64,000 bases of DNA from Balanoglossus misakiensis (Eukaryota > Animalia > Hemichordata), in NCBI GenBank assembly GCA_040954595.2, contig CM082592.2, forward strand, positions 8,853,677 through 8,917,676. The letters run 5' to 3'. Shown here in pieces: positions 27,101-37,999 of this stretch (the stretch's first letter is position 1; each line of letters begins with the position of its first letter). The translations under genes were made by a program, and so were the position numbers. The notes below the pieces were generated by a model. The model worked only from the letters and a program-made list of their open reading frames with translations. It did not search any database and was not told the origin of the DNA.

Positions 27101-30100
27101 CATGGTCAAGTCCACAGTTTCAGTTTCCTTAACTGTGTCAATAAATAAAATGTAATCATAGTTATGCATCTTGTACATTTGTCATAGTTTCTGTTACCAG
27201 ACCTCAATGAAATCTGAGGAGTGTCTCACAAAAAATGTGAGCCATCCACCACGTTGGATCAGGCCTTGATACAAAACAAGCACGTCTGATTAAAATATGC
27301 ATTGCTTACCAAGGAGTCTGTTTGGCCGGAATCGCGGAGGACCATTGTCGACGGACGGCATGAACGGAGGAGACTCGGGCAACCTTCTCGGTGGTGGCAT
27401 TGTCTCGACATTCCTGGAGGGAAACTCTGTGTTCTGCCGGATGTTTTCATTCAACTGTCCAGCGAGGTTGGATTCATTGGTCAGCAGCTCCTTAGCTTTT
27501 CTCACCTGGGAGATGAGTGGAATTGAATTTCAGAATCAAGCACAGTGATTACAATTGTTGACTTCCATGCTGCGTGTGTACTAGTGCTTATATTGGTCTT
27601 TAGATGGCCACTTTTAGAGAAAAAAAAGTTTCCACTAACCTTGTCATGCACATAACTCTCCACTGTTGCATCCTGTGGGCCGTCCTCTTCGTCTTCCTGA
27701 CTGAACATCAGATCGTGATCACTGATTCCAAACACATCTGTTGGTAGAGTGTAAACAAAATAAGGTGTAAGTGTATACCGTAATGAGGTAATCTTTGCAA
27801 GGCAAAATAAGGATCTGACTGTGGATTCAAGTCAAGCCGAGGGAAGACACGGATTCAGCTATGGTTACTGGACTTACCCAGTGAGTGCAGAAAAGCAATG
27901 TGCTCATCCAAGTCAGTGCTGGACTTCCGGTCGTTAGAGTGAAGTTCTTGTAGTTGCATCTGAGTGGAGGAAACGTGGGGGTCATCCAGAACAAACAACT
28001 CCCTCAGCTGCTGACCAGTGAAGTATCTGAAATAATCAGCGACACACGTGCCTGTCTGTAATACTTTGACTAATGTCAGTGCAATTTTCTGCCTATTCAA
28101 TAGCACAGGTGAGATGGCTGCACCTACTGGTAGTCAGTGGTGACTATCATTTTGCAGAGATAGTAGAAGCAATTGGTAGTCAGTTGGCATGTGACTACTG
28201 ATAATTTCGAACCCTGAAAGACAAACACGCTGTTTTCATTTTATTACCTGTACGGGTCTTTGGAATAACCAGTGGCCTGCCTCGTGATGGAGTCCTTGAA
28301 GATCTGTCTGCGGTAAATTTTCTCCTCCACAGAGCCACAAGAGATCAGTCTGTAAATGACTACAGTTTTCTTCTGTCCTATTCTGTAGGCCCTGTCCACC
28401 GCCTGATTGTCTGTGGCCGGATTCCAACTCGGATCAACTGGAGGAGAGAAGCAGGCAGGGAGGAACTATTAAACCATTGTTCTACTCACACCCCTCGTGT
28501 CATCTTCTCAATGGAATCATCCTATTATTTTCTATGTTGGATCAGCTCAATTTTATCATGCAACAGGGGCTGAACTGATGTGCTTCCACTTACAAATAAC
28601 GACTCTGTCAGCTGCTGTCAGTGTCAGTCCCACGCCTCCAACTCCGGTGGTCAGAAGGAACACGGAATACGATGGATCTTTTTGGAATTTCCGGATTATT
28701 CTGTCCCTGTCCTCAAATTTCCGGATGGTTCCATCCATTCTCATCACCTTGAAATGCTGACACGAAAAAAAAATCATAAGCCAAATTAACATCAAACAGA
28801 TTCTAAAGATACACAAAGTCTATCCCCACACACATGTAGTACATGCACAAGATACTCACATGTCCTTCCAAGACTTTCTGAACGATGTCCAGCATCTTCC
28901 TGGACTGACTGAACACCAGAGTACGGTGACCCTCTGACTTCAGATTGTTCAGCAAGGCGACCAGCACAACCATCTTGCCTGATTCCTCAGTCAGAGCCTG
29001 GTCGCTGATGTGTTCGATGTTGTTTGCTGCACACTCCTCAAGTGCAATCTCACTGGCTTGGTCAGAGGTGAAATCACTAAGAGGAAAAGTTGGCACACAA
29101 AAAAAAGAGTGTGAGTTGGAAAATACCAGTGTGTGAAACTGTCACACCCCTTTCACCCCTATTCCCTGTTACATGGGTCCAACCATGTAAATTTTTTAAT
29201 ATTTAGATACACATGTTGGAATGGCTTACCTGGTTTCTTCGCCTTCCAGGTTTAATATACTGCAGGCTCTTTTACTGAGTAAGCGTGGATGATCACAGAT
29301 TTTCTTGAGAATATTCAACATAGCCAGTGGTGACCTATTGGTCATCAACAACTACAGAAATGAAAAAAAAAACAGGAAAGTAAGTTTAATCCCGTATATG
29401 CTTACATCCATAATATTTAAAAAATATACAAATTGGGAGAAAAGAATGTGATTTAAGCAAAACTTTAAACAAATAAAATGGTTTTACCTCCCTGACTTCA
29501 TCTGATGATGCCAGATCTCTGTAAACTTTCTGTTGAATATCACTCAGAAACACCCACAAAATGAAGTCGTTTTTCCTTGTCAACTTGGCTTTGCTATCAC
29601 TGACAATAAACAAAAAAAAATATACAATCACCAGATGAATTGCTGGCTGACTTGATACAAGAATAGTTACTCTACTTTTTCCATACACAATTCAGATAAT
29701 CTGCATACAACAAAAGAATATGAGATCTTCAGTGATTTCTTACACACTGGCAAATTTGGGCAGAAAATGGTGTCTCCCATTGTTTATTGGGTGTCTTTAC
29801 AGTTAAACATGTGCCCGTAAAACCACAGCAAGTTTACTAGAAAGTGGAAAAGTTTTATATAACTCACGCTGATTTTCCCGCACCCTCCTCCACAGACCCA
29901 CTTCCTTCCTCTGTTTCAGTTTGCTTTTTTTTCTTTTCCAGGGTCTCTGCCTTTGTCCGCCTCAGGAAGTACGGTGCGATGATATTGCGGAGACTCTCCG
30001 CCATTTCATTGCCCAGTCTTTTCTCCGATGCAGTGGCATCTTTCTGTCTGGCCTGAAATATGCAAAGATGGCGCCAATAGTGTCACCAATCACACGCTTT

Positions 30101-32240
30101 CTTACATGGTTAAATGGACATTGTTACATCAGTGGACAAAAACACGAGTGTAACAGCAAAGACGGCAATACTTACCCTGACAATGGGCGATTCATACTCC
30201 AGAGCGAATGTTTTCTGGGTGCCGAGCAGCCGACCTTGAGTCACAAAGTCAAAAAGCGCCCACAGTTCCTGAAAAACAGTGGAAGTAAAAAGTGAAGAGC
30301 ACATGTGAACACTTTTTACCTCTGGTCGTCAAATCATTTTGTGACAGAAAGATGTCAGAATGTCCAATTGACAATTCTCACCTTCAGATTATTCTGTATC
30401 GGTGTACCGGTAAGGATGTACCTCCGTCTGGCTACGATGGCGTGCACAGCTTTCGAACACTTGATGGTGGGACTTTTGATTTTGTGTCCCTCGTCCAGAA
30501 TCACATAGTCCTGCCACATTAACAGGTATGTACAAAAAAAGACGATGTATTTTAGGCATGTAAGGGGTTATCCTGGATCTGTATCTGCTGTATAATGTAC
30601 TGTTATTCACTCTCACAGAGTTTCAGCAGTAAATGGCAGCAGCTTCTGGTTGCTGATGTGAACTCACCCAGACAAACTCCCTTCCAATATCATCTGCGCC
30701 GATTTCCTGCCAGTTGTTAGTAATCAGACCGTAGGTGGTTAGCAGTACGCCACCACGCCTCTGCACCTTGGCAAGCGCCCTCTCTCTTTCTCTTTTACTG
30801 CTGCCATGGTATGTCATCACACGCACTCCCGGGGCCCTGTGGAATAGTCATTAGTTATTTGTCTATGAATGTGTCAAGTTAAACCTTTTCCTATCACAAG
30901 GATACAACAAGTTTGACAGAAAATTAAACTGTTGATGCAGTGATTTGCAAAGGCAATAGATGCTTACCACTTGTCAAACTCTTTCTCCCAGTTTATTATC
31001 AAGGAAGCTGGCATCACGATCAAAACGCTCTTGACTCGCTCAGCATCAAAGAGTCCACTCAGAAATCCTATCACTTGAATCGTTTTACCAAGTCTGGAAA
31101 AAACACACAGACAAGATTGGAATTTCGCGATGGTGATGACCATTTCTAACAAAGGTCATGTGCGCAAGAATCAAAACCATACCACGTTTCGGAATACACA
31201 ACTAATGTTAATTAAACCCACCAAAGGCCGTATTCAAAGAGTTCCAAAGAAACTAGGTCTCACCCCATATCATCGCCAAGTATTCCTCCTGCTTTCTTTT
31301 TGTGCAAAGACCAGAACCACTGGATGCCTTCGACTTGGTATGAAAAGAGCTTTCCGGCAATGTCTCTGTGCAAGTGGAAACCATCGCCAAGGTTTGACAT
31401 CCCATTCTCTTCTTCATCTTCCTCTTCATCCTCATCACCATATTCATTTATCCAATCCTGCAGTGTTTGGGGAGAAAAGTGTAATATTTCTTCAAAAGGC
31501 AGGCATCAGTGAAGCCAAGTAATTACAACAAGAACACAAGAAATTATCAGAGTGTATTGTGAAGTAATATTCCATCAATCCTAGTCATACCTCAAGTTTC
31601 TTTATTCTTCGCTCTATTTTGTCACTATTCTGTATTTTGGCAGCCTCGTGCAAGAGCTGCAGGGACAGCCTGGCATTTCCTTCTTGAGCTGCTGATTTGG
31701 ATTTTTTCACCAGCTTGTTGTATTTGAGCTGATCTTCCTCTGTCAGGTCACAATCACCGGATCCAATTCTGTGTCGACTGATATTACTGCTCTGGTTTTC
31801 TACAAAAGTGATCGGTGAAATTTGATTTTGTTTCCAGACTTGCTAATGATGTGATATCCTTATTGGAAAAGAATTACCCAGAGTTCCACGGCATTTTTGT
31901 TTTTATCCATTTTCGTTGAATACTCTGCAGAAGTCTACAAAGACATTTTTATTGGGTCAAAGGTTACATCCAACCATTGTAGACTCTGAGAGAATATTGA
32001 CATTGGAAAAATACACACATTAGAGCTTTTTCTACTTTTAATGTGTAATGTGGATAAAATTGCAGCTCCTTCATCATGCTGGAATGATTGTGATGTAACA
32101 CAATCCTTTTATCATGATGGAGGGACTGCGATAAAACAACCTGTAGAAGAGTTACCTTTAAGAGGAAATTTCGTGTAGCTCTCTCTTGATACAGAAGACA
32201 GCTCCCTGGATGTGTTTTCTATTTCCGTGATGACATTCAT
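24187..32240 (-). CDS. ERCC6L: ERCC6L/PICH SNF2-family DNA translocase, about 19 coding exons. Start codon at 32240 is tentative
   Basis: N-terminal TPR-like [25 protein letters not shown]...[10 protein letters not shown]; Walker [16 protein letters not shown]; [12 protein letters not shown]; [15 protein letters not shown]; [23 protein letters not shown]-terminal TPR-like [52 protein letters not shown], typical of PICH. Confidence 0.93.
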
Positions 32241-32569
32241 GTTTGTTGTCAACAAATGACGTCTTCAATTAATGTGTGCGTTGCTGGTAGTTTAAAATAA
32301 TTTACTTGTAAATCTTCAGGTCATACAGTGAACATTTCTGCTTGTCTGAAAAGTAAAATTCACATGGAGATCTGAGGATAACAATGATGATGATGATCCT
32401 GGGATGATGATGATGATCATCATGTGTTCTCAATCTCAGCGCTCGGCTAAACTGTGGCTGCACAGACCGTAGTCGCGCTTATAGTTATGTATAGTAGCCA
32501 CCTCGTGTATGGCTTCGACTTGAAACGTTCAAGGTAAGAATTGTATAAATGATCACCATCCACACTCAC

Positions 32570-33102
32570 CTGTGAAACAGAATTCCCGCAATGTTAATTG
32601 ACAACACCTCTAATTTATTTCATTCCCTGTTTGAAAAGGCCGCAAATTGGTCACGTGATCAGAAAGTGCGCCCTCGCATTAAGGTCACAGCTTGTTTTAA
32701 TTTTTTCCCCATTAAAAAAAACACGCAAAAACTATTGTATATACTAGTACATTTAAGATAAAAAGTCAACCATCCCCATGCACGTTGTATTCTTCTGCTA
32801 AACGAGAAAAATTAATGAAATAAAGCACAGTTCCTTTGAGTGCTGAATTTACAAACAAACGAACAACCAGGAAGTCATTGAAAACCACAACAGACGTCGC
32901 AATGACGATGTATTTGGTGTTGAAATAACTTTCAAAAGATGTAATTTTGACATATGATAATCACTGTGGAGCAATCGAAGCGTCGACGAAACTTCGAGAA
33001 GTATTGAATGTTCGAGTGATCATAAAAAGTTTCGTGTTACGCTGTGCTGTTGCAAGTTCTCTTCCAAACAAGAAAGGAAATCCCTGTTTAGTTTCCTCCG
33101 AA
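32570..33102. promoter_or_regulatory. Bidirectional promoter region ERCC6L/ESS2 with cell-cycle-type motifs
   Basis: Minus-strand 5'-UTR donor at about 32570. E2F-like TTCCCGC 32583, CHR TTTGAA 32630-32635, ATTGG (CCAAT) 32646, E-box GTCACGTGA 32650. CpG-rich. Confidence 0.55.
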
Positions 33103-35649
33103 ATGGCTCTAGTCAAAGTAGATGACGCAGAGAAAGCTCTGGTTGTACACACAGATGCAACTAAAGTAAGAGAAGGACCAAAGAAGAAAGTCTTGGACGA
33201 AGAGAAGTATACAGAGGTAGATCGATTATTACAGAATAGGCTTTCAGACTGACACTTTTGTTTACATTCTTCATTCATCCATGGAGGTAGTTTAGCAAAT
33301 ACATGTACCTGAGCTCATGGTTTATTTTCATTTTAATCATAGGATTTGGAAAAGATCATTGAGCGAGACTTTTTTCCCGACATGGAGAGACTCCGAGCAC
33401 AAAAAGAATACATGGATGCACTTCAGAATAATGATACAGAAAAAATGAGAGCACTAGCAATAAGGTTTGGTTCTACTAGACCAAGAAGACCAGATACAGC
33501 AACAAGCACTTTGCCTGGAAACTGTAAGTCACTTTACAGCATGTATTACAAATGCATGAAGTAAAACAGTTGATCTGAATACACGAAGTCAGAAGTTTGC
33601 ATTTCTTGTCAATCTCATAAATGCCTGTCATATTCTGTGTCAGAAATCTGTAGTCCAATGAGAGTTAAAATCCAATGAAAATTTGATCTACTGCAGCATT
33701 TGTGGAGGCCAGTCCAGCTACTTTTGAAACTCCGGATGTGAGCCAGAGTCAAAGGTTATCACCCAAGAGAATGAGAGATAGAGATGTCAATCTTGACGAG
33801 GACTCTGTGACAGAAGAAGAAACAGTCAAAAAGAAGAAGAAAGGAGGTATGTTTGTTTCTATCCTGTGTGTATACAGTAACCAAGCATTCAGCATCAAGT
33901 GTTTGTGGAATTTTACTGCTTCGAAAAACTGTCCTGAGTTGTTTCTTTGTCTCCTTGCAGATGACTCGGAATTATCGCTGGATGCCTACCTGGCCAGAAA
34001 CACCAGTGAAGACAATGCATCTTTTGCTGAAATCATGCAGATCACCAAAGAGAAAGAGAGAGAGAAACATGAATGGATGTATGACGCTGAGAAGGAGCAT
34101 GCGGAAACACAGAGAAAGATGTTAGACGGAACTGATGTGAAGGCCATAAAGGGTGTGCATAGACCTGTGGATACGTGGACATACCAGACTAAGAATATGC
34201 TCATGTATGTCCCAGAAGGTACTGTGAGGTTATTGTTACTAGCAGCTGTGTTGTAGAGTAGACTTTTAAGTTGACCATGCCATCAGTTTTGTTTTTACAT
34301 GCATGCACATACGTATTCATGTATTATGTACATATACATACATGCACCAACAGATCAACAACAGTAAACCATGTTTGCTTTCTGCTTCACGTTAACAGGT
34401 GTTGAAGACACAGTGGAAGAGAAAATTCAGAAAGAAAAACCCAGAGAGATTGTACACGAGAACACAAGATTTACTGTCAACCCATTCAACCTGGCCCAGC
34501 AGAAGGACACGTTAGCTAGGGCTGCTGCAGCCAAGGCGGCTGTCAGTCGGGGGAAAATTGGACCCGACGGTAAAGAAATCATGGCAGAGGAAACGCCTAC
34601 TGTCGATGGGTATTCCTTTGTTGGTACACCATCCCCAGCGCCAGGTAAGTGCCAGTCAGGTTTATCTACCAGAAAATGTATAGACTAGATAAAATTGCAG
34701 TGGAGAACTAAATTGACTGATCATGAGCAATTTATAAATCAATTGATGTGTGAGAACCAGGGATTGAGAAGGACGACTGTAACTCTTGTAATTATGCATC
34801 ATGCATTCATACATGTAATCTTTCCAATACATTTCTCACAGGAAGGGATGGCGATGAGTCTCCTATGATGACATGGGGTGAAATAGAAGGTACACCATTT
34901 CGTTTGGATGGAAGTCAAACACCAGCATCTGGTCCAGCCTTTAGGGTGAGTGTTATTTTCAGGGGTATGTTCGGAGCTTTTTAGCCTGGCTCACATTAGT
35001 ATCGAGGCTTTAATCTATATTGATTGTCTCCAATAATTATTGATGTATCAAAATTAGATTCCAGATGTTCCTAGGCGAGAAAAGTTGGGCAAGAAACTGG
35101 CAGATAAGGTGAGCAAGTCTCAAAGATCCAAGAAGCAGGAAGCTCTGAAGAAAATGACTGAAGGTCTGCTAAGGTAAGTCCTTTTATCCAGAGAGATATA
35201 AATGGGTGCTGTTCCTCAATAAAGCCCTGGTGTTTTACAGAAACACATTTTGTTGAATGTACAAGGTAGTTTTCATTATTCATGGTGTGTATTCGCAGTC
35301 ATTTATTTTTTTTAATTTCAGCCCTGGATTCAAAAGAATGGGTTCAGTTGAAAGAATGAAGATGCTGTCACCGGCTGCACAAAAGTTGGTCAACAAGAGT
35401 CTCGGAAAGCGGGTTGGCGGCGACAAAGCACTCAGGGCGAGTTACACACCGTCTCCGCGGCAAACACCTGACAAAGACGCAACACCAGTCAGACTGACAC
35501 CAAGCAGGACTCCAAGTAAAACACCAGGGGGAAGTTCACTCACTCCAAAACTGAGAGACATTGGATCCGATGTTTCCTCCCTCACAGACAATCTGTTGGA
35601 TTTGCCGCAAAGGACTAGTAGTAGACCAAAAGCAACAGATTTCTTCTGA
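33103..35649 (+). CDS. ESS2: Splicing factor ESS-2 homolog (DGCR14), about 8 coding exons
   Basis: KKVLDEEKYTEDLEKIIERDFFPDMERLRAQKEY; SLDAYLARNTSEDNASF; TWTYQTKNMLMYVPEG; GYSFVGTPSPAPG; SPMMTWGEIEGTPFRLDGS; LRASYTPSP; LTDNLLDLP...KATDFF*. Confidence 0.95.
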
Positions 35650-36180
35650 TGTGTTGCATGTGGACTCTTCGTGGAAGTATATTTATGTTGTAATGGAAAA
35701 TAAAGTAAAAATGTCACCAAGGGTTGGATCTGCTTTCTCCATTTCCTGTCAAGAGATTGTTAGAGGACATATCTGGCTGACGTCTTCAGCAAGGTCAAAG
35801 ATAGTCGAAACGAATGGCATTAGGGAGAGCTAAAAACTTGGAGGTAAACACAACTTCAACGTATGGGTTATCAATTCTTTATTTATAGCAACGTTTTTGT
35901 GTGACTTGTTGATGGAAGTGTAGAAGTGAGACTAGCACAGCATGTACAAAGCCCGCTACAAGTTCTTGAAAAGCTGTCTTATTTAAAGCAGCCTCTCTGG
36001 AGCACATGACTACACAGTCGGTCAAATCACTTTCAGATAAAATGATCCTAGGTGTGCACAACCAGCGTTCAAAACTACAATACTGTCGGGAAAAAAAAAC
36101 ACAGGTGAAGCTTGCATGCCCAGGCACAAGTACAAGAATGTGGACAGTATAAAAAATAAAGGCTACACACTGAAAACAGG

Positions 36181-37769
36181 CTAACTACTTGAGATGGATT
36201 TCAGTTTCTCCAATAGATTGATGTAAAGGGAATGTTCCATTGAACTTGCAAACTCTGACAGCTTATCTGCAAACGCATTGTTGACGCCACGTTCATCTAG
36301 CATATTCATCATCATGTCGTAAAGCTCCTGTGGTGAAATAGTAGAACAAATTGGGATTAAGAACAGTGGTCGTGGTTGCTTTCTCTTGCCTTGGTGCTCA
36401 AGCAAAAAATGATTTTCATTTGAAAAAAAACCCACTAAATGATGTCAAATAATATCAACTTTATCCCCTACAAAATGTTGTCCTTACAAGTTTTGTTTGG
36501 CATGACATCTACAAATATTTGATTCACTCACCCCATCCATGACCTCTGACCCCATGATGTACGTTTTCTCATTCGTTTCACCCTCATGAATAACCACTTC
36601 GTCAATCAGGAACAGATCCTCTTCAGATCCTTCCTGTGGTTCCTCATCATCCACTTCCTCATTTATGAATCTACAGCGGATTGCAACCGTGGGCTTTCCC
36701 GATTTTGTGATGTCTACTTGGAAATTTGGATACGACCTCATCTGCATAATTAGGTATATAATGCGGAGAGTCTGGGTTATGGTTTGACAGTGGTACATGC
36801 ACGATTTTGAAAGACAGGACAGAACTAATGACATGAAAAAATCCATGGTCAGTACATTCTTTCTGTGCGACGCTAACTGTTTCCATTGTATTACCGCTTA
36901 CCGTTCCACTTGATTCTTCCTCGGCTTCAGGGCTTGCTTCGAATTCTACTGAATGGTTTACATTAAAAGATACTGTAATACTGCAAGACAATAATAAACA
37001 TATTGTTGTTACAGAGCCATCATGACTTTCGGACACACGCAAAACCTAACATCACTAATTACATGTAGATGCAATCCTGTGTCAGGGAATACTATAGCTA
37101 ACTCTCGATAACCGAAGCCAGAGCCTGTTTCCAGATGACACGTGAACATCACGATTCCTGAGATACACTTACACTTCTCCACTTGCAGACTTTGTCAGTT
37201 TTCCACTGGATCCATCCATGGCAACTTCATAGCCTTCCATCTGGGGTAATTTATCATGGGTGTCTTTCTCCAGTTGAATTTCTTTCTGGAGGTACTTCGC
37301 TAATTCCTTGTCACCTAGGAGACGGAAAAGTAAAAACTGAAGTTAAGAATGCCTGGCTGCAACATCACTTGGTGTAACCATGGCGACCACCAACTGGTGT
37401 CACCAGTGCATCCTCTGCAATTCTGTAGGGTGCCAATCATTGGTATGCATTTATAAGTAATATTTATTAATTCCTACGTTATTAGTTACTTGGCAAACGC
37501 TTATACGGATATTCACCTTCTGTGTGAAGTCCACAACAGCTACATCTTTGTGGCCAACCAACTCTGACACTGGCCTTTTGCACATCTTGCATCATTTGCA
37601 CATCTTTGCTGTTGGAGCCGCACATGTACCACATGGACCTGGCGAACGCTCGCGCCGTTTGGCCGCGTTGTGGCGATGCCAGAAGGAACTTCGAACCAAC
37701 AGACGTTGCATTTGAGTGCCTTGTTTGACAGAGGAGTCTTGAGGCAGACCTTGCGATGGAGAAGGCCAT
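36181..37769 (-). CDS. C1QBP: C1QBP/p32 mitochondrial acidic matrix protein (MAM33 family), 5 exons
   Basis: Arg/Ser-rich mitochondrial presequence ending CSCCGLHTEGDKELAKYLQKEIQLEK; ITVSFNVNHSV; SYPNFQVDITK; LYDMMMNMLDERGVNNAFADKLSEFASSMEHSLYINLLEKLK. Confidence 0.93.
37082..37152 (-). ncRNA. Candidate box C/D snoRNA resembling mgU6-77/SNORD10, in C1QBP intron 2
   Basis: Sense-strand sequence GTGATG(T)-tca-CGTGTCAT-CTGG...ctctggcTTCGgtta...CTGA. The guide is complementary to U6 snRNA GAUGACACG. The D' box and terminal stem are imperfect. Confidence 0.35.
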
Positions 37770-37999
37770 GATTCTGTACTAGTTACAAGAGTTTTCTCCT
37801 TGTTAAGATCAGTTTTCAGCCAACGTGACTTTGCTGCGTTTACGCATGTGCACTGTTACAGAAATGCGCATGTGTGAAACCTTCCCGGAAGTTGGATACA
37901 TTTCTTCTTGCACATCCGGTTCTCAGCGTCGTCTACACTTTCGTCGGCCAGTGTTGATCAACCGAACGTCTGGAAGAAATTTCTGTATCTATCGTCAAG
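37770..37999. promoter_or_regulatory. 230-bp bidirectional promoter C1QBP/TMEM120
   Basis: Divergent ATGs at 37769 and 38000. NRF1-like TGCGCATGTG 37865-37874; ETS/GABP CCGGAAGT 37885-37892 overlapping the palindrome TTCCCGGAA. Confidence 0.75.

Noticed and set aside
31878-31924. Possible extra ERCC6L micro-exon (cag...|gtaatt)
   Set aside because: At 47 nt it breaks the phase-1 junction between the flanking exons, and the phase that would fit downstream contains a stop.
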